The translations under genes were made by a program, and so were the position numbers. From Neoechinorhynchus agilis (lineage: Eukaryota; Animalia; Acanthocephala): a stretch of DNA of 64,000 nucleotides. The stretch lies in contig CM121341.1 in the NCBI GenBank assembly GCA_051530055.1, forward strand, positions 12,440,784 through 12,504,783, in the 5' to 3' direction. Each line of letters begins with the position of its first letter. The first letter of the stretch is position 1. Below are positions 1 through 11,535 of the stretch, in pieces. The notes beneath the pieces are model-generated. The model was not told the origin of the DNA and made no database searches. It saw nothing but the letters and a program-made list of their open reading frames with translations.

Positions 1-3000
1 CAACCCAGGAAAAGTTTTATTGCTTCAAACAACGCAATTTTGAACAATATTCTAAACCAAAAGAGCAAAGTCTCCGTTCAGTGTTCTTGCTTACCTAACA
101 AAGTACAGTTTATTTTTCAACAACCCAGGAAAAGTTTTATTGCTTCAAACAACGTAATTTTGAACAATATTCTAAACCAAAAGAGCAGTCTCCGTTCAGT
201 GTTCTTGCTTACCCAACAAAGTACAAGTTTATTTTTCAACAACCCAGGAAAAGTTTTATTGCTTCAAACAACGTAATTTTGAACAATATTTTAAACCAAA
301 AGAGCAAAGTCTCCGTTCAGTGTTCTTGCTTACCTAACAAAGTACAAGTTTATTTTTCAACAACCCAGGAAAAGTTTTATTGCTTCAAACAACGTAATTT
401 TGAACAATATTTTAAACCAAAAGAGCAAAGTCTCCGTTCAGTGTTCTTGCTTACCTAACAAAGTACAAGTTTATTTTTCCTTTTAACAACCCAGGAAAAG
501 TTTTATTGCTTCAAACAACGTAATTTTGAACAATATTCTAAACCAAAAGAGCAAAGTCTTCGTTCAGTGTTCTTGCTTACCTAACAAAGTACAAGTTTAT
601 TTTTCCTTTTAACAACCCAGGAAAAGTTTTATTGCTTCAAACAACGTAATTTTGAACAATATTCTAAACCAAAAGAGCAAAGTCTCCGTTCAGTGTTCTT
701 GCTTACCTAACAAAGTACAAGTTTATTTTTCCTTTTAACAACCCAGGAAAAGTTTTATTGCTTCAAACAACGTAATTTTGAACAATATTCTAAACCAAAA
801 GAGCAAAGTCTTCGTTCAGTGTTCTTGCTTACCTAACAAAGTACAAGTTTATTTTTCAACAACCCAGGAAAAGTTTTATTGCTTCAAACAACGTAATTTT
901 GAACAATATTCTAAACCAAAAGAGCAAAGTCTCCGTTCAGTGTTCTTGCTTACCTAACAAAGTACAAGTTTATTTTTCAACAACCCAGGAAAAGTTTTAT
1001 TGCTTCAAACAACGCAATTTTGAACAATATTCTAAACCAAAAGAGCAGTCTCCGTTCAGTGTTCTTGCTTACCCAACAAAGTACAAGTTTATTTTTCAAC
1101 AACCCAGGAAAAGTTTTATTGCTTCAAACAACGTAATTTTGAACAATATTTTAAACCAAAAGAGCAAAGTCTCCGTTCAGTGTTCTTGCTTACCTAACAA
1201 AGTACAAGTTTATTTTTCCTTTTAACAACCCAGGAAAAGTTTTATTGCTTCAAACAACGTAATTTTGAACAATATTCTAAACCAAAAGAGCAAAGTCTTC
1301 GTTCAGTGTTCTTGCTTACCTAACAAAGTACAAGTTTATTTTTCAACAACCCAGGAAAAGTTTTATTGCTTCAAACAACGTAATTTTGAACAATATTCTA
1401 AACCAAAAGAGCAAAGTCTCCGTTCAGTGTTCTTGCTTACCTAACAAAGTACAAGTTTATTTTTCAACAACCCAGGAAAAGTTTTATTGCTTCAAACAAC
1501 GCAATTTTGAACAATATTCTAAACCAAAAGAGCAAAGTCTCCGTTCAGTGTTCTTGCTTACCTAACAAAGTACAAGTTTATTTTTCCTTTTAACAACCCA
1601 GGAAAAGTTTTATTGCTTCAAACAACGTAATTTTGAACAATATTCTAAACCAAAAGAGCAAAGTCTCCGTTCAGTGTTCTTGCTTACCTAACAAAGTACA
1701 AGTTTATTTTTCCTTTTAACAACCCAGGAAAAGTTTTATTGCTTCAAACAACGTAATTTTGAACAATATTTTAAACCAAAAGAGCAAAGTCTTCGTTCAG
1801 TGTTCTTGCTTACCTAACAAAGTACAAGTTTATTTTTCCTTTTAACAACCCAGGAAAAGTTTTAATGCTTAAAACAACGTAATTTTGAACAATATTTTAA
1901 ACCAAAAGAGCAAAGTCTCCGTTCAGTGTTCTTGCTTACCCAACAAAGTACAAGTTTATTTTTCAACAACCCAGGAAAAGTTTTATTGCTTCAAACAACG
2001 TAATTTTGAACAATATTTTAAACCAAAAGAGCAAAGTCTCCGTTCAGTGTTCTTGCTTACCAACAAAGTACAAGTTTATTTTTCAACAACCAGGATTTTA
2101 TTGCTTCAAACAACGAATTTTGAACAATATTCTAAACCAAAAGAGCAAAGTCTCCGTTCAGTGTTCTTGCTTACCTAACAAAGTACAAGTTTATTTTTCC
2201 TTTTAACAACCCAGGAAAAGTTTTATTGCTTCAAACAACGTAATTTTGAACAATATTCTTAACCAAAAGAGCAAAGTCTCCGTTCAGTGTTCTTGCTTAC
2301 CTAACAAAGTACAAGTTTATTTTTCCTTTTAACAACCCAGGAAAAGTTTTATTGCTTCAAACAACGTAATTTTGAACAATATTCTAAACCAAAAGAGCAA
2401 AGTCTTCGTTCAGTGTTCTTGCTTACCTAACAAAGTACAAGTTTATTTTTCCTTTTAACAACCCAGGAAAAGTTTTATTGCTTCAAACAACGTAATTTTG
2501 AACAATATTCTAAACCAAAAGAGCAAAGTCTCCGTTCAGTGTTCTTGCTTACCTAACAAAGTACAAGTTTATTTTTCCTTTTAACAACCCAGGAAAAGTT
2601 TTATTGCTTCAAACAACGTAATTTTGAACAATATTCTAAACCAAAAGAGCAAAGTCTCCGTTCAGTGTTCTTGCTTACCTAACAAAGTACAAGTTTATTT
2701 TTCAACAACCCAGGAAAAGTTTTATTGCTTCAAACAACGTAATTTTGAACAATATTTTAAACCAAAAGAGCAAAGTCTCCGTTCAGTGTTCTTGCTTACC
2801 TAACAAAGTACAAGTTTATTTTTCCTTTTAACAACCCAGGAAAAGTTTTATTGCTTCAAACAACGTAATTTTGAACAATATTCTAAACCAAAAGAGCAAA
2901 GTCTTCGTTCAGTGTTCTTGCTTACCCAACAAAGTACAAGTTTATTTTTCAACAACCCAGGAAAAGTTTTATTGCTTCAAACAACGTAATTTTGAACAAT

Positions 3001-5362
3001 ATTTTAAACCAAAAGAGCAAAGTCTCCGTTCAGTGTTCTTGCTTACCTAACAAAGTACAAGTTTATTTTTCAACAACCCAGGAAAAGTTTTATTGCTTCA
3101 AACAACGCAATTTTGAACAATATTCTAAACCAAAAGAGCAATCTCCGTTCAGTGTTCTTGCTTACCTAACAAAGTACAAGTTTATTTTTCAACAACCCAG
3201 GAAAAGTTTTATTGCTTCAAACAACGTAATTTTGAACAATATTCTAAACCAAAAGAGCAAAGTCTCCGTTCAGTGTTCTTGCTTACCTAACAAAGTACAA
3301 GTTTATTTTTCAACAACCCAGGAAAAGTTTTATTGCTTCAAACAACGTAATTTTGAACAATATTTTAAACCAAAAGAGCAAAGTCTCCGTTCAGTGTTCT
3401 TGCTTACCTAACAAAGTACAAGTTTATTTTTCAACAACCCAGGAAAAGTTTTATTGCTTCAAACAACGCAATTTTGAACAATATTCTAAACCAAAAGAGC
3501 AATCTCCGTTCAGTGTTCTTGCTTACCTAACAAAGTACAAGTTTATTTTTCAACAACCCAGGAAAAGTTTTATTGCTTCAAACAACGTAATTTTGAACAA
3601 TATTTTAAACCAAAAGAGCAAAGTCTCCGTTCAGTGTTCTTGCTTACCTAACAAAGTACAAGTTTATTTTTCCTTTTAACAACCCAGGAAAAGTTTTATT
3701 GCTTCAAACAACGTAATTTTGAACAATATTCTAAACCAAAAGAGCAAAGTCTCCGTTCAGTGTTCTTGCTTACCTAACAAAGTACAAGTTTATTTTTCAA
3801 CAACCCAGGAAAAGTTTTATTGCTTCAAACAACGTAATTTTGAACAATATTCTAAACCAAAAGAGCAAAGTCTCCGTTCAGTGTTCTTGCTTACCTAACA
3901 AAGTACAAGTTTATTTTTCCTTTTAACAACCCAGGAAAAGTTTTATTGCTTCAAACAACGTAATTTTGAACAATATTTTAAACCAAAAGAGCAAAGTCTT
4001 CGTTCAGTGTTCTTGCTTACCTAACAAAGTACAAGTTTATTTTTCCTTTTAACAACCCAGGAAAAGTTTTAATGCTTAAAACAACGTAATTTTGAACAAT
4101 ATTTTAAACCAAAAGAGCAAAGTCTCCGTTCAGTGTTCTTGCTTACCCAACAAAGTACAAGTTTATTTTTCAACAACCCAGGAAAAGTTTTATTGCTTCA
4201 AACAACGTAATTTTGAACAATATTTTAAACCAAAAGAGCAAAGTCTCCGTTCAGTGTTCTTGCTTACCCAACAAAGTACAAGTTTATTTTTCAACAACCC
4301 AGGAAAAGTTTTATTGCTTCAAACAACGCAATTTTGAACAATATTCTAAACCAAAAGAGCAAAGTCTCCGTTCAGTGTTCTTGCTTACCTAACAAAGTAC
4401 AAGTTTATTTTTCCTTTTAAAAACCCAGGAAAAGTTTTATTGCTTCAAACAACGTAATTTTGAACAATATTCTTAACCAAAAGAGCAAAGTCTCCGTTCA
4501 GTGTTCTTGCTTACCTAACAAAGTACAAGTTTATTTTTTCTTTTAACAACCCAGGAAAAGTTTTATTGCTTCAAACAACGTAATTTTGAACAATATTCTA
4601 AACCAAAAGAGCAAAGTCTCCGTTCAGTGTTCTTGCTTACCTAACAAAGTACAAGTTTATTTTTGCTTTTAACAACCCAGGAAAAGTTTTATTGCTTCAA
4701 ACAACGTAATTTTGAACAATATTCTAAACCAAAAGAGCAAAGTCTCCGTTCAGTGTTCTTGCTTACCTAACAAAGTACAAGTTTATTTTTCCTTTTAACA
4801 ACCCAGGAAAAGTTTTATTGCGTCAAACAACGTAATTTTGAACAATATTCTAAACCAAAAGAGCAAACTCTCCGTTCAGTGTTCTTGCTTACCTAACAAA
4901 GTACAAGTTTATTTTTCCTTTTAACAACCCAGGAAAAGTTTTATTGCTTCAAACAACGTAATTTTGAACAATATTCTAAACAAAAAGATCAAAGTCTCGG
5001 TTCAATGTTCTTGCTTACCTAACAAAGTACAAGTTTATTTTTGCTTTTAACAACCCAGGAAAAGTTTTATTGCCTCAAACAATGTAATTTTGAACTATAT
5101 TCTAAACCAAAAGAGCAAAGTTTCCGTTCAGTGTTCTTGCTTACCTAACAAAGTACAAGTTTATTTTTCCTTTTAACAACCCAGGAAAAGTTTTATTGCT
5201 TCAAACAACGCAATTTTGAACAATATTCTAAACCAAAAGAGCAAAGTCTTCGTTCAGTGTTCTTGCTTACCTAACAAAGTACAAGTTTATTTTTCCTTTT
5301 AACAACCCAGGAAAAGTTTTATTGCGTCAAACAACGTAATTTTGAACAATATTTTAAACCAA
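1..5362. repeat. Tandem satellite array, about 43 monomers of 121 bp or 126 bp; begins outside the window
   Basis: Monomer CAACCCAGGAAAAGTTTTATTGCTTCAAAC...AAGTACAAGTTTATTTTTC(CTTTT)AA repeats head to tail; the optional CTTTT gives the 121 vs 126 bp variants (e.g. 240-360 and 361-486). Substitutions increase after ~4800. Ends at TTTTAAACCAAA ~5362. Confidence 0.98.
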
Positions 5363-6443
5363 ACCTTCAAATACAGATAAAAATAAGATAAAAAGACAAC
5401 CTTAAAAGCTTTCTTCGACGCAATTTTCAAGTAATGACACATCCATTATAGTCGAGAAGTTATCTTTTGAACCACAAGTTAGTAAATGGGTTTATTTATA
5501 AAGAAATAATAACTTAGAAGACTAAATTTGCAACCCATCGTAATCTAAAAGCCTACAAAACCAAAAAGCAAAGATTTTAGTCTACGATTCGGTTGGTTCG
5601 ATTTCCCGGCAACGATCTAGGAATCCAAGTGCGTCGGACTTCCATCTCTACGGTCGGGGGTCGATAACCGAAGTCTTAAATCTCAATCGCCAAAAAATTC
5701 GGCACCTTCCTAGCCCTAGATGAAAGTTTTTAACTAGTCTGATTATTTCCTTGATTAATGAATACTATACATTTTTTGTTTTGGAAACTCATTACAAAGC
5801 TTTAAATTAAACAGAAAACAGCATTTCAGCTTTAAATGGCTTCCGCGTACTTTAGCGTCCCATCAAATACGCCATCGAAGTGCATCTCAGTGAAATTTGG
5901 CAACTTTTATTCTAGGTCTTTCCCCAAAATATTTGTTTTTAAATGAGTTTGGAATTGTGAACCAGAATGTTCAATATTTGATTTCAAAATTTATTCGGAA
6001 ACGCAACCAAATCTGGTAGAAAGGCTGAAATCTAATAAATGGTTATTTGTGAAACTTTCGATCGCAACTCACTTATTAGATCGGGATGAAATGTTCAAGA
6101 CAGGTTTTGTTGCTCAAAATTGAACAATTAGTCACTAAGTCTCATAAAACGGGAATTTAAATTGTATTGATTGTTAGGAAACTAACGTTACGATCGATTA
6201 CCAATAAGTGGCAATCATCAATAAAATCCAAGTTGGAGATTTGGTGATCTTAATCAGCGTGGATAAAAATATTTTATTCAATTAAAATATGCATTATCCA
6301 GGTTATGATTACCACAACTCCATAAATGGCAAAATTTAGTCTATGATATCTAAAATTCGATAAAGGTTAAACAATTCAGGTAAACTTAATTCGATTATCG
6401 AGAAGTGTAAGATGATGATTTTTTTACAATAAACGGCTGAATT

Positions 6444-6564
6444 ATGGACACACAGCCAAACGGTTTCAGTCAAGCAAGCGCTGGTCTACGGTTATAAGTT
6501 TGTACATCCCTCCGGATTCTCAGATGGATTCTGAGGAGGTGGGATCATCAGTGAGTTTCGTCCC
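6444..6564. repeat. Dispersed ~120-150 bp repeat, copy 1 (probable TE/SINE relic)
   Basis: ATGGACACACAG...CGGTTATAAG...CCGGATTCTCAGAT...GAGG(C/T)GGGA...CAGTGAGTTTC is shared with 6856-6934 and 12386-12530. Confidence 0.8.
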
Positions 6565-6855
6565 TTTCGATGGCATCGGCGGTCGTTGATTTGAACCCTT
6601 TGGACCCTGAAACAGGGATTCAGGGCTGAAATCAAGTAGACCACCTCGGCACAACTACTCAATGTACAACAAACTCAGCCAGTTTTATACCCTGGGGCAA
6701 ATATTGAATTCTCTTATGTCTTCTAGTAAGCCGGTTATATCAATTAAGTGTTTTAGAAAATCCCTTATTCTGCTTATTTTCCTATCTAGGCATACAGTCA
6801 ACCGATATCGTCGATTAGGAAAGTGATTGAATTACTTGAACTCTAAAACCATACG

Positions 6856-6934
6856 CGGTTATGAATCTTGTACTTCCCTGTCCGGATTCCCAGATACCTC
6901 CCAAGGAGGCGGGACTCCACAGTGAGTTTCCTCC
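6856..6934. repeat. Dispersed repeat, copy 2 (partial)
   Basis: CGGTTAT...CCGGATTCCCAGATACCTCC...GGAGGCGGGACTC...CAGTGAGTTTCCTCC matches copies 1 and 3. Confidence 0.75.
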
Positions 6935-7170
6935 ATAACCGGTAAGCCAGAAGACAAGTTAATTTGATTAGTTTGCTTTTAAGTATTCACAAAAGCATTG
7001 TAAATTCCATTTTCGTGATATTTCGACTGATATATCTCGCTTTACAAAACCATCTCACGCGATAGTGTTTGTTCCCAGGATTTGTTTTCTTTAAAAACAT
7101 TAATTTTATAACTTTTACCTGAAATTATCATTTCTAGTATTCTTATTTTGAAGATTTTCGAGTATTGAAA

Positions 7171-7893
7171 ATGGAAGAGTCACAAAAGGACTGGTGGGCA
7201 AGTGAAGGAACACTCGTTGATGAAGAAACTATGGCTCGGGTAAATAAGCTTAGATAAGGAAAGAAAAAGTCATGTCATTAAAAAATAGATATGCTGTATG
7301 GAGGAAACGATCCATGGTGTAGAAAATCCATCTGAGGCACTAATTCAATGGCAGCACCGGACCATAAACTTTCTTTGGGATGTTTTTAGCGTTTCGGATG
7401 ATTCTGCGATTGATAAAATGCTACGAACAAAATCGTTTCATGACTTCATTCCATTGATTAGTCGAATTATAGAAAATCGAAGCGAATCCACTAGCAGCAA
7501 CTCCGTTATCAATTTGATTGAGCAGGAACAAATGTACATTGCTTGTTTGGGTATTATTAGTGCTGCTTCTGCCCGTGGATTCTGTGAACTTGTCAATCTT
7601 CCGATATTGATCAGTCAATTACAAATCGTCGATGCTTTGCTCACATTAAGCGACGACGCTCGCACTATGATTGCAGGTGAGGCTTGTAGTCAAAATATTC
7701 TATATCTTGATAAAAATCGTTCCTTGAAGGAATATTGTTCAATGTGGCGCTCATGTCTAAAGATGGAGTCGAAAAAATCGCAACATTGATTAAGGGGAAC
7801 GATTTGTCATCGCTTCTGGCGGGTGCAAATAAAGCTGTGGTTGATCAGTTAGCAAGTCAACTACTTGGTGGAAATTCTATTGAAGGAAAATAA
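7171..7893 (+). CDS. Hypothetical alpha-helical (ARM/HEAT-like?) protein, 3 exons
   Basis: ATG 7171. GT-AG introns at 7240-7288 (49 nt) and 7677-7729 (53 nt) join MEESQKDWW..., ORF 7298 and a last exon ...AGILFNVALMSKDGVEKIATLIKGNDL...GK* in frame. The family call rests only on the AGILFNVAL-like helix pattern. Confidence 0.7.
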
Positions 7894-8212
7894 ATGTGGG
7901 ATTTAGAAGCTTAAATTAAGAATTTCTTAAGACAACATTAAAGAGCAATAAGGGAAATTCTCAGGTGTTAACACTTTCTTACCAATGAAGGAATCCACTA
8001 TCAGAAATTATATTGTGAATAATCACAAAATTATGGAAAGCCTCTTTTTCCAACACCCTAGCAAACGAATTTATGACGAGTCAACCCTAATTTGAATAAA
8101 TTCAAGTTTGAACACAAAGGAACTTGGCCTTTAACACAAACACAATATTACTGTATTTTTTGGAGGACGCTAAAAACAAAAGTTCTAGAATTTTTCTTCT
8201 CGAAGTTTAATA

Positions 8213-9755
8213 TTAAGTTAATCGGCTTCGTTCTTCGTATGATCGATACACAGTTCTAGAATTGAGAGCTTGTAGCGGTCTACAGTTCGTTGAGAGTAGC
8301 GTCTTGGCACTGCTTTTATCCACGGTCGTGCAATGAATATGCCGAAATGCAGATATCTAGGACATTAAATTCAAAAGGATTTTACGGAGAAAAACTCACG
8401 TCGTCAGATGAAACTTCGATTGGTTCTTTGTAAATTATCCATTCGCATGACTCGTAACACGGCGGAGTGGACAGAGAACCCTCGTAAGAGAAGAAATGTT
8501 TTCGGTTACCTTTTCGAGCGACACAATCGGAATTATCAGAGGAAATAATTTACCAGGAAGAAGATTGTTTACATTAAATTGTTCCGGGAGTTTGTAAGTA
8601 TCTCCTTTATACGTTAAATTATGAGCTGCTTCTGCCAATAAAGAGAAGGTAGCACTTGTTTGTCCTTCCTACAAATTGAAAGTTTAACCGCATTTCTCGA
8701 AGGTACAGAACAAAACTTTTAGAAATATGCAGAATATTACGAGACCATCAAAGCTCATCGATTGACTGGCGTTTTTAAAATCAGCATATTTATCTGCGTT
8801 ATAAAAGACAATGTGGATCTGCAAAGACGTGGTGCTGTTGGAACCGGATTAGGAGTTTTCTTACCTCCGCAGGATAAAACTCCCCATCCAGTGCATGCTC
8901 GGATCCAGTTTGATTGTCCGGTCCCCAATGCATATGGAAATGATCAAAGCAATATTTGTCCTTGAGAATACCGCCTGAAGTAACTAAACATAAAAGAAGT
9001 TGTCTTATAAATCTTTAGGTTATTAATTTTGCTTTAGCTATTTTATCTCCGGTTCGAAAGGTGAGATATTCTGAAAAAGGAAAATAATCAACACTTTCAA
9101 AGATGCGACTTTGGTGATTGGCGAATCTAAAAAAGAGACGAAATTTGACTTTTCCTCTCCAAAACCTTTCCTGAGTATGTATTTTTCAGTATAAAAATAC
9201 ACAATGGCATGTTTAATCCGATGTTAATTGTCTGCACCCATTCAAACATTTCTTTAAGGATGGTTGGTATTTTAGAAGTGCAGCCGATTAAATCAATCGG
9301 ATTACCTTAACTCTACGAAATAACAATCGCATTTAAACTCACGGCAATAATTAGCATCGCCTGTGACTCGTATAGTGAATCCGATGTTTGTGACATGCTG
9401 ACAGCAATTGGAAGTTAACTTCATTTGAATTTCCTTCAGTGCCGAGTTATAAGTTGTTTGCTGTGAATTAATATTGATTGGTGATTGACACTTTAGGTTT
9501 TTCATGACCGGATACATTTTGGACCATTGGCGTGGACCATCGAATTCACTGTAGCCCCATTCAATATTTTCCTTTCGATTGGCTACGTTTTTCGATCGAA
9601 TGAAACGCGAGAATTTCTCGCAGATTCTAAAAGATATTTAACACGATGAAATGAATTTAGAAACGTGCTTACATTCTTAAAAAGGAAAATCGTTTACGAT
9701 CACTTTTGCTGTTTTCTAAATCTTTGTCCGTTTCCGATTTCTTTGAGGTCGGCAT
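8213..9755 (-). CDS. Alpha-carbonic anhydrase, copy A (7 exons)
   Basis: Spliced product has WGY...GPRQW...QSPINI, FHMHWG, SEH, AEIHIV (three Zn-ligand His) and YEGSLSTPPCYESCEWII. Introns include 9627-9672 (46 nt), 8984-9342 (359 nt) and four of ~43-48 nt. Confidence 0.93.
8237..9017. repeat. Inverted repeat, left arm (~780 bp), partner 12846-13628
   Basis: The reverse complement matches 12846-13628 with only about a dozen differences by eye, introns included. Confidence 0.95.
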
Positions 9756-11535
9756 TTTCACGATGGAAAATGACGAGAATGCGATGGATTCTGTCTTGAA
9801 TTAGAAGTTATGACTAAAGACGAAGAAAATACTTGAGACAGGAGTCAAAAGGTACAATTATCGCTTAGATGTAATTACCAAATGAGTCTGATATTTGAAG
9901 GCTACGTTGAAAATTAAGATTTACCTAAGGTGATTTCATGTCACTCTTCTGAAAATAAAATGTTTATTGACCCTTTCGAAGAATCTCATGCCTTTAGCAA
10001 GAATGTTTCGGTTATACTCGCTAATTAAGTGTGTTTTTAAACTGCAAAAACGAAGGAAGTGCTTGCTTCCCTTCGGGTTTCTCTTAAATTGCTTTCTCAG
10101 CTAACAAATTTGTACCCTCGGTGAAGTAACACGTCAATATTAGCTAGTGCAAATCGTTCCTCGGCTGGATGTTATTAGAAAAGTCTACGAGCATCCCAGT
10201 AATCTAATGTTTATTTAATGCAAATTTATCCTTGCACTCTTTACTCAGCTTGTAAGTAATGCTTTAATAAAGAATCTCAAGCGAAATAAAATCACTTCGT
10301 GGATGTGGATTTCTCTAAGCTGTTTTATCATTGAATTCACAGTTTAGCAATATTTAACGTTGCCTGATATTAACTTATCAATGGAGTTACGAAAATGTTG
10401 ATTTCATATTTGACTTAAGGTAGACGTTCCTCATTTTAATAAATGTTTTAGAATACAAATTTCGACTAATTTTTCCTATTTAGAATTTTTGACCATGAAC
10501 CACAGATTATGCTATACGCAACTAAGATTAAGATCAAATGCTTGAAGCGTGAGACACCAAAATGGATAAATCTTAAATAAGGTATGCATACTGCTACGTA
10601 CATATTAGGTAATTATGAATTTGCCGATTAGAAAGTAAAAGATTTTTATTTTAGATAAAATTGTAGATTTTGTATTCAAAACTGAATATTTTCAAGTCAT
10701 AAATGCTCTTTGAATCGAAAACAATGCAAAATTCGAGACGATTAGCATTGGAGATAATCGTAAATTGACGGGAAAAGTTTTCGATGGCATCTACGATTTC
10801 TGTTTTCGTTAAAAGACGTAAGGTAGCTTGTCAAGGTCGGTAAAACCGAATAAAATGAAGGTCTCTTATTTACTATGTAGGTATCTGAAGTGCGCTGATC
10901 TGGGAAGATTAAATTAATTGAGATTTTATACTAACTATAGCGTTCGATTTCGAGTTATTTCAAGGAAAGTCTCAACTTCATTGTTCACTAACGCTTTTGC
11001 TGGTAACAACCGACGAGAATATTTTACCATACGATAAAATCCAAATTTTTGGCTATTAATATCAGCGGGCGCCCTATTTGACCACATTAGAACATGCCAA
11101 AATTTATTCAAAAATTATTCCTTCCGAAACTCACAAAAATCTGCATACATCCGCATAATAAAACGACACGATGATAAAGTATGCATTTTAATCGATGCCT
11201 TTGATTATTTCAAAAGCTAGAGGAAAGTCAGAGTTTGCTTAATGCGATGTAAATCTAGTTTTTCTACTTTGATTAATAATTTACGTTATGGTAAAATTGT
11301 ACGAAATAGGAAGACGACCATGCTGCTAGCAAAATATTTTCTACTGTGCATGAACTAAAAATTTGATAGCAGCCTGTGTAAATCAAAATTCAATAAGTAT
11401 CTAAGTGCACTGGGAAGCAAATGACTTTGTGAGACAAGTAAATGTGGGAAAACTTTTAATTTTGTCGAAGTAGTGGCAAGGCGTGTTTTTCCGGCAGAGA
11501 AGTTTAAAAATTTCGTTGGATAATCTTCATACGAT

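Noticed and set aside
1-5362. Satellite as a CRISPR array or as coding sequence (MNNILNQKSK... ORFs)
   Set aside because: Monomers are contiguous with no unique spacers and there are no cas genes. The ORFs switch frame with each indel and are by-products of the repeat.
1-5362. Satellite as a spliced-leader RNA gene array
   Set aside because: An Sm-site-like AATTTTGA is on the plus strand, but the perfect donor AG/GTAAG is on the minus strand. An SL RNA needs both on one strand, donor first.
5590-5612. tRNA B-box-like GGTTCGATTTCCCGG (similar one at ~61066)
   Set aside because: No A-box, acceptor stem or cloverleaf can be built.
6540-6564. Hammerhead or HDV-like ribozyme in the dispersed repeat (minus strand GGGACGAAAC-TCA-CTGATGA)
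   Set aside because: GAAAC and CTGATGA are only 3 nt apart, leaving no room for stems III and I. The HDV P1/P1.1 pairings cannot be formed in all copies.
9760-11500. A further gene between the two carbonic anhydrases
   Set aside because: Only short open stretches (under 40 codons) that I could not splice into a coherent protein.
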